Shown piece after piece: positions 51,771-64,000 of a stretch of 64,000 nt of DNA. A model generated the notes under the pieces. The model was not told where the DNA came from. It saw only the letters and a program-made list of their open reading frames with translations, and searched no databases. This DNA comes from Octopus sinensis (taxonomy: Eukaryota), in the NCBI RefSeq assembly GCF_006345805.1, contig NC_043011.1, forward strand, positions 63,500,464 to 63,564,463, written 5' to 3'. Position numbers and translations under genes: made by a program. Numbering within the stretch: the first letter of the stretch is position 1; each line of letters opens with the position of its first letter.

Positions 51771-54286
51771 CTAACTGTTTCTCAACTTTATGATTAATTT
51801 GCATGATCTCCAATGTCGTTGACTGTTCACTAGTTCTTGAGATATTCTTTAAAAAGTAGAATTGAAAGTCGTTAAATCCAACTCAAACGCCGTTTGTAAG
51901 AGAGCGTGCGCATGTGCGATTGTGTTATAAAGACTGAAAGAGAGACCGAGGCTTAAATGTTAAATGTGAGGAAGGTAGAAACCGCTGCAATCGGAAACAT
52001 TTTAAATTTAATTTTTCAAAAAAAGCAGGATTGTAATTGGCATGGTGGAGTAGAGAATGAATGGACAGAAAGCAGTTTTGTTAACGAGACGATAAGTGTG
52101 ATATGATGAAACTTTATGCATCTGAATCTGTCTGTAATGTTTCATGGGGATTACATTTACTTTTACATAAGCGAGGGGTGAACACAGAAGAGCGATAATC
52201 TAAACGATCTCGTATCAATTCATTATCTATTGGTTCTGGCAGATTCGGACGTGAACAACTGACCTCTGGTTTTTTTTTTCGTCATCGGGAACTCCTCGTT
52301 ATTCTATTTTTTATGACATGCGTCATAACAAAGGATTGCCTGGCAATATGTTTGATTGTAAATTCTATGTTCTTCTTACTATATTGTTAAAGTTATCGTT
52401 ACGTTTTATTCCCGCATAGTTGACACTGTGTTGAAATACTGTGATATTGCTGCGTTGCTGTATTAGTCTTATCTCAGTTTTACTGCTACAATCTTCCTTT
52501 AACATGAGTGTATTATTGAAAAGTAAGAGTTATCAATAAAATGAGTGGGGAAGTATTATACAAATGATAAAATGGTTTTTATGTCTATGAAAAATTGTCA
52601 TGTCATTCAAAATATAGCCTTATGAGTTTGACTTACACCAAATATAAACTTATGGTTTTCATCATACCAAGATGAAGAATAAAGCTACCATAAGCATGCA
52701 GAGGGAGAAGTTAATGTTGGGCGACGCGCCGACCTTCCCGAAAGTATGTGGTGTTAATGTAGGGTCAGTCCCTGAAATAAATATGAAAGATTGGTAAACA
52801 TCCATTGAAACTCTTACTACACATTGTAGAGATATGGATGCAAATTTTATGCATCACATTCTCGTGCATAAACTAGCCACTCCAGTTTGTTTCCCCAGAA
52901 CTGCTCCGATTAAACTTGTGATGCGGATTTTAAATTTCCTGGAGTCTATGTTGAAGCTGGCAGAAAGTAGCAAATCCATAATTTGTCTATTTTAACGCTG
53001 GAATAGACATTATAACTTTATTGGTGCTACCTATAGAACTCAATCGTTCTGCCTGCAACAGTCTAAGACAGCTAGAGGTGCAAGAAAACAATAATGTCGG
53101 ATAGGAATTTAAATGTATTCCACGAAATGTGTCTCGGACAGAGTCTGAGCTCCAAATGTTCGATTAGTATCCCAAATGAGGAGGTTTCGAGAAGAGCGAG
53201 GTCACAACCGCTGCACGGTTTTGCAGCTGAGCGCCGCCTCTGCATCGCTGGTGTCATTCTCGCTCTAGTCAATCAATGGAAGTCGGAAAATGCCTGTCGC
53301 CAGGCATAAAATAGCTATGCGAAAGATCACTTGCTGAAGGTCATTTCATGATGAATTCATGACCTTTCGTGGAATGAATATGGTATTCTAGCATCCGGTC
53401 GAATTTGGGGGAAAGGAGATTTTCGTGAAATGCGCCGAGCGGTACAGGGAAACCTGGATCAAAAGATGTACAACTATTCTAACCATTTTTTGAAGTTATT
53501 GCATCCGACAAAAGAGTTTACAGATTCGATACCGGTGTTGAATTTAGTGTTATTACATAATTTACTACATCAAGACTTACAAGCACACGTTTCGTGAAAA
53601 ACGGTATGGTAGTGGAGACTACACTGAATAAATTTGTCCCGAAAACACTTTTCAAACAACTTCGCACGCCTGAAACAGAAAAGATTTTGTAAAGTAATAT
53701 TATTGTGGAAAATGGAAATTTCTACAGTTGAAAATAGTTTAAATTATTTATGTTCTAACATCTAAGAAACTTTGTGTTTTACAAAATAATTACACGAGGA
53801 CAATAACTGAAGGTTTTACAACGATTAGATTTTAGGAGCAAACCTTTAAAATTGTGCTGATAATTTGCCCAAAGAAGAATTAATAATCTTAGTATCTCTA
53901 ATCTGATCCTAATTAAAAGACATATTATCCATTTTGATCATTTTTAAGGCCATACCATGGAATATTTTACTTATGCTTTGTCCGATTAAATGGTTAGAAG
54001 TTAAAGCAGGGGGTGCAGGGGTTACTTATAATTCAAATGTCTAGTACAAGCAAAATGTGATAGACAGAAATACTAGCACTGAATAGTTGATAATATTTAT
54101 GAATTAGATAAGTGAATAACAGAAGTAATAGTGGAAGAGTTATGTACTCGCAGAAAAGATTATCATTTCTTTTTTCAGGATATTTTTGAAAGACTTGCGG
54201 ACACAGAAGTTTAGCAGTTTCGTAGCAAAATCTTGAGGCTGTAAAACCTGGAATTCGATAAATAAAAACTGTCAATTAAATATATA

Positions 54287-54326
<40 letters not shown>

Positions 54327-55952
54327 GGCAAATGAAAAACCGAAATAGAATATACGAAAATTTATTATTAATCACGACAATTGTTTCGAAATATCTAGCA
54401 TCCATCCCTCATGGCTAGGATACTCGACAACTGGTTCAAGATCATCCGGTGATGCAGATGTATCTCGTCGGGTGATAAATAAGAACAACTCTTCAAAATA
54501 ACGGTTCCGCAATGTGACTTCTCGTTTTGTAGAAAGAAAACAGCCAGATGGAGGAAATATCTTCATTTATATTGAAAATCAAAAGTAAAATCACAGATGG
54601 TAAAAAGAGAAACGAATACGCAGTCCAGCGAGAAAAATATTAAAAATAACCACTAACAAATATGGATGTATAAAGGCCCTCGCGAAAGTAGCATGGCGCG
54701 AGTACACACGCTCATGCAACCATCCACGAAAATGTGAGCATACGCACATCTGATGTTTGGTGCAATCATGATCACACATCGTTAACTATCTACTTGGTGT
54801 TTGTAAAAATGGGGAGATTGAAAGTAAACTGAAGACATCCATACTTTAAAGTAAATTAAGTTTAGTTAATGGTTACTCAAAAGTCATTCCCATGGCATTG
54901 TGTGAAAGTACATTGATATGAATGTAGGCATCTCGAGAGTCGTTAAGAATTTCTATTAATGATCTCCTCGTTAGTCCACAGAATATATAGAGATGCCCCG
55001 GAGCAGAGACGGTATATTCTGAAAATTATTTGCATTTTTCGAGTGCCTTACTATGGGACCAAGTTATGCTGTACTACATTTTATGCTCCTCCAGCCGTCA
55101 TACAAAATCTGCCAAAGATTTTGTCTCTTTCTGATAATCACAAACCTGGTAACATCGTTACGGTAAGGCATATTAAATGATTCAGCCGTCTGCCTAATGT
55201 AAACATACGGTCCTCCCCTTGTGTGCAAGGTACATTTGTATACAAGATTTTTATATACATCAGCTCGCTTTCTGACTTAAGACACTCACCCACACACAAA
55301 TGCTGGAAAACTCATACACATTTACATACCTATACACACAGAAGGACACGCACACACACACACATTCATGCGCACACATATTTTCGTGCATTCTGGTCTC
55401 TGAAGTTCCAAATCTCTAACGAGTGCACCTGTGCGAGAGGCACACTGAAGTGGCAATTTATTAGAAACTTCCTCAAGTTTAGTGAAAAATCAACATTAAT
55501 TTTCGCGCGGTTATATTAAATGTTGTTTGTTATTTCTTTGAGTTTAATCGGTTATATTAAATGTTGTTTGTTATTTCTTTGAAATCGATACCCAAACTAA
55601 AGAAGTGTGTGGTATGACGTTTATTATACCGCAAGCAAACAATCTTCAGAGCCTGGGACAACTACTGAAAATATGTTATTAATAGTACTTACTAAACGAA
55701 AGTCTGGGAATATCGTGCACAGTTTTCTGACTAACCTTTGCACAATTTCAATTACACTCTCAGGATATGAGTTTTGGAGATGGAGAAAATATTGCCTTAC
55801 GCAAAGATGAGTGACTATTTAATGCTAGAGACTACTATAGATCGCATTTTTATACCACCCATCTATGTCGCAGAAATTTCCATTTTAAGTTTCATAATAT
55901 ATATGTATATATATATATATATTGGAAGGTTTGGAGATGATGTACAGGTATT

Positions 55953-56188
55953 ATATATTATAAGAAATGAGGTAATCAGAAGATCGGATGGTTCATGTTT
56001 ATAGATATTTATTTATATATTACATTTTTTACATATATATATATCATATCATTCAGATCATATAATTCAGATTATTTGATATGATCTGAATGATATGATA
56101 TATATATGTAAAAAATGTAATATATAAAGAAATATCTATAAACATGAACCATCCGATCTTCTGATTACCTCATTTCTTCTAATATATA
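55953..56188. repeat. Foldback element, ~110-bp arms, 15-nt loop
   Basis: aagaaatgaggtaatcagaagatcggatggttcatg..cagatcata / tatgatctg..catgaaccatccgatcttctgattacctcatttctt. Confidence 0.95.
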
Positions 56189-56289
56189 TATATATATATA
56201 TATGTAGGTCCCGGGTTGATTCGGGGTTAACCACAGTAAATAAGGTACTCAATACATAGCAGAGTAAAATTAATTTATTATATAGAAGG

Positions 56290-56340
56290 AGCTTCTACAG
56301 GACTAGAACTGTTTCATTCAAGAGAAATCTTCAGGAAGCT
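56290..56340 (-). ncRNA. Type I hammerhead ribozyme (left arm)
   Basis: Exact reverse complement of 58196-58246. Confidence 0.8.
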
Positions 56341-57841
56341 AGTTAACAAGAATTGTATTGGCATTTATACATTTAGGCAGGTTTAAAGGGGTGTTGGTGG
56401 GGGACTATTTGGGGGGTAGGCATAGCGCAAAAAATCATACTTGGGGAGTGGTCAAGGAGTCAGTGTTAAATTAGATAGGAGAATAAATAAAATAAAAAAT
56501 AAAAATAAAAAATAAAAATAAAAAAATAACAAATAAAAAATATAAAATATAAAAATAAAAAATAAAAAATAAAAAATAGAAAATAGAAAATAAAAAAATA
56601 TAAAAAAATATATGTAAAAAAATAAAAAATAAAAAATAAAAATAAAATTAAAAAAAAAAAAAAATATATATATATATAATATATATATATATGTATAAAG
56701 GGGGGGAATAGAGTTTTAGGTAAATAAGGAGATTCTCACTTATACCTCTACACTACACACAATATTACAATCACACATACATATACATATCTACACATAC
56801 ACATATATAGTATACATACACACACTCACTTGCATACACGTATACACACATGTATATATACACACACGACCACATACATATAACACACAGAAATATATAT
56901 ATATACACATACACACACATCTACTCACATACACGCATACACACACAAATCCATACACACATGCACACACAGCACACTAGTCCCTATATACACATATATA
57001 CACATACACATATATATACACCACACATACACATACATACACAATATATACATACATACACATACATATACACATATACACATATATACACATATATATA
57101 CAACACACATACATATACATATCTACACATACACATATATATGTATACATACACACACTCACTTGCATACACGTATACACACATGTATATATACACACGA
57201 CCACACATACATATACACACAGAATATATATATATACACATACACACACATCTACTCACATACACGCATACACACACAAATCCATACACACACATGCACA
57301 CACAGCACATAGTCCCTATACACATATATACACATACACACATATATATACACCCACACATACACATACATACACATATAATACATACATACACATACAT
57401 ATACACATATACACATATATGTGTATATATATGTGTATATATATGTGTATATATATGTGTATATGTATGTGTATGTATGTATATATATGTGTATGTATGT
57501 GTATGTGTGGGTGTATATATATGTGTGTATGTGTATATATATGTATATAGGGACTAGTGTGCTGTGTGTGCATGTGTGTATGGATTTGTGTGTGTATGCG
57601 TGTATGTGAGTAGATGTGTGTGTATGTGTATATATATTTTTCTGTGTGTATATGTATGTGTGGTCGTGTGTGTATATATACATGTGTGTATAGATGTATG
57701 CAAGTGAGTTTGTGTATGTATACATATATATGTGTATGTGTAGATATGTATATGTATGTGTGATTGTATATATATGTGTGTATGTGTAGAGGTATAAGTG
57801 AGAATCTCCTTATTTACCTAAAACTCTATTCCCCCCCTTTA

Positions 57842-57884
<43 letters not shown>

Positions 57885-58195
57885 ATTTTTTATTTTTTTT
57901 TATTTTTATTTTTTTTTTTTTACATATATTTTTTTATTTTCTATTTTCTATTTTTATTTTTATTTTTTATTTTTTATATTTTATATTTTATATTTTTTAT
58001 TTGTTATTTTTTATTTTTTATTTTTTATTTTTTATTTTTTATTTTTTATTTATTCTCCTATCTAATTTAACACTGACTCCTTGACCACTCCCCAAGTATG
58101 ATTTTTTGCGCTATGCCTACCCCCCAAATAGTCCCCCACCAACACCCCTTTAAACCTGCCTAAATGTATAAATGCCAATACAATTCTTGTTAACT

Positions 58196-58246
58196 AGCTT
58201 CCTGAAGATTTCTCTTGAATGAAACAGTTCTAGTCCTGTAGAAGCT
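58196..58246 (+). ncRNA. Type I hammerhead ribozyme (right arm)
   Basis: AGCTTC-CTGAAGA-T[TTC TCTT GAA]T-GAAAC-AG TTCTAGTC CT-GTA-GAAGCT: 6-bp stem I, intact core, GUA cleavage triplet. Confidence 0.8.
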
Positions 58247-58262
58247 CCTTCTATATAATAAA

Positions 58263-58347
<85 letters not shown>

Positions 58348-58433
58348 TAACTGGGACCTCGTTACCCGAGAAATTCTGTTGCCAATAAGAGTTAAGAAAT
58401 GATTCATTACTGATGCCGTGCAGAGGCCTCATA

Positions 58434-58616
58434 TTACTTTAAAGTTTTACTGGCTTTGTTACATACTGCACAGTTATACTGGCTGGCAGAACACTGAGGC
58501 GCCACCGTATGCACATTCTTAAAATGTCTTTTCAGACCTCCAACTGAGAGGCACTCCCTTCCACATTTTACACATGTTCTGTTGTGAATTGTAATCGCCA
58601 CATCATCGTTTATCAT
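58434..58616 (-). pseudogene. C2H2 zinc-finger fragment (one intact, one broken finger), probably an RTE-LINE C-terminus
   Basis: CVKCGRECLSVGGLKRHFKNVH followed by YNCAVCNKASKTLK*. Confidence 0.5.
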
Positions 58617-58699
58617 GGTTGGATTACTGTGAAACGTTTGATGGTCGACCAGGCCTACACCGAGTCAAACACCTCCAACGAACCACACACACACACACA

Positions 58700-58780
58700 C
58701 ATAACGCCCGGGCTGGGCAACTAAACCGCGATCGTCCAACCGTGAGTCGGCTTACCTAACCACTGACCAATTGCGCCCCC
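58700..58780 (-). mobile_element. Degenerate tRNA-like SINE head
   Basis: Minus strand ggggcgcaattggtcagtggttag... Confidence 0.45.
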
Positions 58781-58832
58781 ACATATACGTATATACATAC
58801 ACATACACACACAGAGGCAAACGCATACACGC

Positions 58833-58916
<84 letters not shown>

Positions 58917-59639
58917 GTATGTTTGCATGTGGGCCAAACTTTCTACATAATAAACTACTGCATATAACTTATTTCTGTAATTTCATTTCAGGTCGTAATA
59001 CTATATCAATTTATAAGACTGAAAAGTTACTCATAATATTAATAGGACCACAATTCGCTTCGTAGGCGTAAAATTTATCGCTAAGTATTCTTTTCATAAC
59101 ACCTGTTGTGGATACAAATAACAGACTGTAGGTACAGATTTAGTACAATAATGTAAGAAATGTACTTATCAAAAGAGTTGAGCTGTTAACAAGATCAAAA
59201 CGGATATGTGTACTAAGTATAAGTAAAAGAGTATAGAAACATTGACACGAATTTCTACAGAAAATAAACATCGAATGAGGACGCCATTTTATAACAAAAT
59301 TACCAAAATTTACCCAACAGATTCTGAATCGAGATGCAGGAGACATTAACAACAGATTATGAGATATTAAAGATAATACGGATATCCAAGAATTGATTCG
59401 TAAAGACAAATAGCCAGGAATGTTAACTAACATAAATACATTCAATTTTATTTATTAGTTGAATATTTTCATTTCTTATATTTTCTAGGACACAAATCTC
59501 GTTCTTTAATACCTCGTTTACCAACGGCAATTGTGGTATATAGAGGAAAGTAATTGTTATTGGAGTAGAAAATAAGATGAGTTCCGAGTTTTCTTCCAGC
59601 ATTCAGTACCCTATATTCCATACTTTAGTATATAAACAG

Positions 59640-60058
<419 letters not shown>

Positions 60059-60283
60059 TGTGAAATAGAAAGATGAATAATTTTGTTGCAGATTAATCAA
60101 AAGTTTAATCAAAAGTTTAACCGATACCTTGGTAGCAAAAATCACAGCAGAAGACAGCACGGTTGGAGGTACAACCATATGGTGTTGCAACCGTGCGTTG
60201 GTGCGGATAATTGAATTTTAATATTATTAGCGAATTGAAGAAATGGAGTTGAACGAAGATTGAACAGAAATCGTTTTATTGCG

Positions 60284-60363
60284 TTCTACACGTGTTTCGA
60301 AAGGCACAATTTACCAAATTCCGAATGAATAATGAGACCATATTGTGTCTTTCTCTTCAGGAA
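60284..60363 (-). ncRNA. Minimal type I hammerhead ribozyme (left arm)
   Basis: Minus strand: TTC-CTGAAGA-G[AAAGACACAAT..ATTGTGCCTTT]C-GAAAC-ACGT-GTA-GAA; canonical G10.1-C11.1 pair and palindromic loop 3. Confidence 0.8.
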
Positions 60364-60514
60364 GAAATAGGAAATCCGTTGGAATAAACAAAAACAGAAC
60401 AGAGGCGGAACAAAACAAATCGAACGAGGCTCCTAAGGGCTCTTAGGAGCCTCGTTCGAATTGTTTTGCTCCGCCTCTGTTCTGTTTTGTTTTTTCCAAC
60501 GGATTTCCTATTTC

Positions 60515-60594
60515 TTCCTGAAGATAAAGACACAATATGGTATCATTATTCATTCGGAATTTCGTAAATTGTGCCTTTCGAAACACGTGTAGAA
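60515..60594 (+). ncRNA. Minimal type I hammerhead ribozyme (right arm)
   Basis: TTC-CTGAAGA(60518-24)-T[stem II]C-GAAAC(60580-84)-ACGT-GTA-GAA. Confidence 0.75.
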
Positions 60595-60649
60595 TGCAAT
60601 AAAACGATTTCTGTTCAATCTTCGTTCAACTCCATTTCTTCAATTCACT

Positions 60650-60689
<40 letters not shown>

Positions 60690-61279
60690 GTGCATGAGTA
60701 TGTATGTGCGTGTATGCAAGTTTGTGCGTGAATGTGTGCGTGTCTATATGTGTAAACATGTGGATAGATTTAGAAGGGGACAATAAGAAATGTCGATTAC
60801 ATTTCGTTTAATTACTTACCGATCAATAGCGTACAGATATATATTGAATATTTCATCATTGATGTAAATGGTTTGTTCAATGACTTGTCGTGAAATGGCT
60901 ACACACCTCTAACCTTTTTTCCACACAAATATATAGGAAGTAGCAGATGTCTGTTGACACTAAGTAGGATGTACATATGATATGTGCGTCACGAAATAAT
61001 AAAGACGACATCGTAACCTATGATTTACTGACGTACCTGCCCTCGACATATTGTTTCAACGTAAAACCTAAAAACATTCTTATGCAGGCTTTATTGCACC
61101 TTAATTACGCATTAAATTCAGGTATAACGTAATAAGTTTGAGCACACAGTCACATTCGATGTTGTGTATATGTAATTACATAATTCATATACGTATATAT
61201 ATATATATTACACTCAGATACAGACACACATGCACACACAAACACACAGAGACACACACGCAATCGCACACACACATAT

Positions 61280-61691
61280 TAGCCTATGTACCAGGCGTTG
61301 CTTGAGTGTAAAAATGTTAAAGGAAATTAATATTCTTATCCCGATAAAAGAGGTATTTCCCGAAAATTTCCATCATATGACGTCAGCATAAACACAGATA
61401 TTAAAACAAATGTACAATGTTTTCAGGGTATCATTTAATTGGGGTACGAAGAAAACGAGTTTGTGGACTTCCAACTCGCAAACATCCTACATATAATTGC
61501 CCACGAGAGAAAGAAGAGGTAAGTTTAAGTCAAGCAGCGTTGAAAGATTGCGCTCGAGATTTATCTATGGCCATAGTAACACTTACTTTATTTACATTTG
61601 TCCTCATCTTCATCAGGTGTCTTGCGGAAATTTCGCACCTGGGTTCTCATTACTTAGGTATTTTTCGATGTTGATTTTGTTGTTGTTTTTG

Positions 61692-61784
<93 letters not shown>

Positions 61785-62884
61785 TTATTCAGGTCACTGC
61801 CTGGTATCTATCTCGGAATCTTGTGGGTACTAGCCCGCGTTCTTAACCAATATGCCATATCCCCGTGCGCATAGAGTAGCAAGACTTATATTTCCGGGGA
61901 TCTCGAGCCGTTTAAATTCTTAGGGGAGGTCACATAGAATTACTGGGGCTCCGTGGGATGAACACAACGTCACATTTATATTTCCCATGAGAAATGAATT
62001 TTTGGTGGTAGGGACTTGTTTCATTATCATAATTAAAAAGAGTCTACCTTTACTTTTACAAAAAAGTGGTCGTAGAAATAAGACGAAGTATTATTCATTA
62101 TTGTGCTTTGTTTCTATCAGAATCGATTGCCTCTAAAGCGAAGAAACAAAACCGACGTATACCAACTATTTTTTGAAAAATTGTTTGAAAATTAGTACCC
62201 CACTCCACCCCGCAGAACCTTCGAGTAATGAAAAACTTTCATTCTAAATTTCGTATAGATTGATCCAGCAGTGTGGCTGGGCAAAGCAATATGCCTTAAG
62301 GTTGGAGTGAAGTGGTAGAGTCGATTTCGATTCTGAAGAAGGGCCAATAAGCAACTAGAAATAGTCACATGGCATTGACAAAAAAAGTATCGAGTGTACT
62401 CTAGCTAATTTTATTAGGTCCATTCTACGGACAGTTATTTGAATAACACACGTCGATAAGTAACATAGGTCACGGAAATATTCAACTTTAAAATATATAA
62501 ATTTCATCATATAACTTGAAAGCTACCGCATAGTGTGTAAGCTTGTGTCCATATGAAGACATTTCGTTATTTGAAAACTTAAAGTTTCTTTCTCTTTAAA
62601 ACTCTTCTTTCATTATCACAATTAGAGAGTGTTTTAGAATCCTTTATCTTTAAAGCCAAAAATCAAAACCGCTGCAAAAAAAAACAAAATCGGAAGTGCC
62701 GTATAGGCGGGTGGGGGCTACAGACCATATATGGGCAAAGACTAAAATTTGTCCCATCCAACTCCTAGAGACTTCCACAGCAATGAAAAACCTTCATGCC
62801 AAACTTGGTAGAGATTAAGTCAGCGGTTTCGCCGTGCTTACAGGAAACACACATACCCACACGGAATTGTATAATAGTAACAAT

Positions 62885-62890
<6 letters not shown>
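61280..62890. mobile_element. Possible DINE-1/Helentron-like non-autonomous element fragments
   Basis: tagcctatgtaccaggcgttgc at the left end; aaaactttcat..aaatttcgtatagattgatccagcagt and ccaaacttggtagagattaagtcagcgg resemble DINE-1-type cores (recalled, not searched). Confidence 0.3.
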
Positions 62891-62967
<77 letters not shown>

Positions 62968-64000
62968 ATAAAATAAGGGCAAAATAAAAAATTCTAATAC
63001 CAAATATGCCGAAAAAGACAAAATTTTCAATAACCATTATAATTCACGCGTCTCGAAACAAGCTGATACAAATTTCTAAAAAAAAAATTTAATTAACCTA
63101 TTGGTCCCAATTTCTGGTTTAACGAATAAGAATTTCACCGCTTCAGCGATAAATACGTAAGACATAAATGAAAAACTTACTCATACCCATGGAAAGAGCA
63201 AGCACTAAGTCCTGAGCAGACCTAAGTACCCTAAACATATCCAAAATAGAAATTCTTCTGCACATCTCGAGACACGTGATTCAAACTAGAAAGTTTCACA
63301 GAGTGAAAGAATCCGGATGTGAACGCTATTAAATTTACAACTAATGTAGGATATAACTTTATTAGAAAAAAAAAAAAATTATCAATGGCCAAAAAATTTG
63401 GCCGAGTTAAACATTGAAAAGAAAATTTAGACTAATATTTTTGCTTTTTGCCATTCTGCTAAGAATTTATGCTCGTGTGAACCTGACTGAGTGTAGAAAT
63501 AACGTTAATAAAGCAATATTAATACATATAAGTGTTATATGAACTTGCATAGCGAAACACTAATAAGGCATTTGTGTGTTTGGATAAATTAATGATATAT
63601 TCCGAATATATTTTCATTTGTGACAAAATATTTTCGTCGCTTTGAAACGGCGCTCTTTTCACTGACAAAACTTGGTGCCATAAATAAGCAACAAGGATTT
63701 CCAAGATAGTGTAGTACAATTGTTTCATGCTACTTCATTTTATTAAACACTGTAAGTATTACATCAGTTTTGAAATGTCGAGCAATCTTCAACCACATAT
63801 AGAATTTTTTAATTAAACGGACAATGCTTATACTTATTTCATTTGCCAACATTACAAAGCGGGTAGATTTAGAGAGGCTAATTTCATCATTAAGAACATG
63901 ATGGTAGTATGTTATTCATATATATATGAAACGGTAAACTTTATCTCCGAACTTAATGTTCAAGTTGAGTTAGGACTCAGATTTCCGCGTAATATAACAC

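Larger units (their letters stand above)
56274..58262. repeat. ~2-kb imperfect palindrome centred at ~57420 (Penelope-like pLTR-derived foldback)
   Basis: Unique segments 56274-56490 and 58050-58262 are reverse complements, as are 56700-56750 and 57785-57840. The left arm carries an extra ~230-bp tandem unit. Confidence 0.93.
60221..60657. repeat. Foldback element, ~217-bp arms, 4-nt loop GGCT
   Basis: Arms are reverse complements with roughly ten scattered differences. Confidence 0.96.

Noticed and set aside
53072-53309. GC-richer overlapping ORFs
   Set aside because: No motif or splice support; left unannotated.
61520-61620. CTGATGA on the minus strand as a hammerhead (also plus strand at ~31326)
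   Set aside because: The GAAAC and cleavage triplet are missing or degenerate.

Overview
Eukaryotic, AT-rich, repeat-saturated DNA. The SINE families and (TAT)n/(TA)n/(CA)n microsatellite load resemble an Octopus (coleoid cephalopod) genome; this is inferred from repeat content only. There are no prokaryotic features (no operons, CRISPR or rRNA). Most long ORFs in the supplied track are microsatellite artefacts or decayed retroelements (R4/Dong-clade and L1/Tx1-clade LINEs, Tc1/mariner remnants, tRNA-derived SINEs). Two things stand out. (1) A degenerate tandem array in 1-46 kb holds two paralogous copies (10.6-17.5 kb and 29.3-39.4 kb, minus strand) of a small multi-exon gene that the ORF track does not show as such. 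The model has a signal-peptide exon, cysteine-framed exons only ~55% identical between copies, an 8-nt microexon and a near-identical 3'UTR. This is the pattern of a rapidly evolving secreted disulfide-rich protein family. A third unit retains only flanks and promoter. (2) Between 55.9 and 60.7 kb lie three foldback (palindromic) elements embedded in (TA)n. Two carry an intact type I hammerhead ribozyme motif at the outer end of each arm, as expected for Penelope-like pseudo-LTR derivatives. All alignments were done by eye; no database searches were run.
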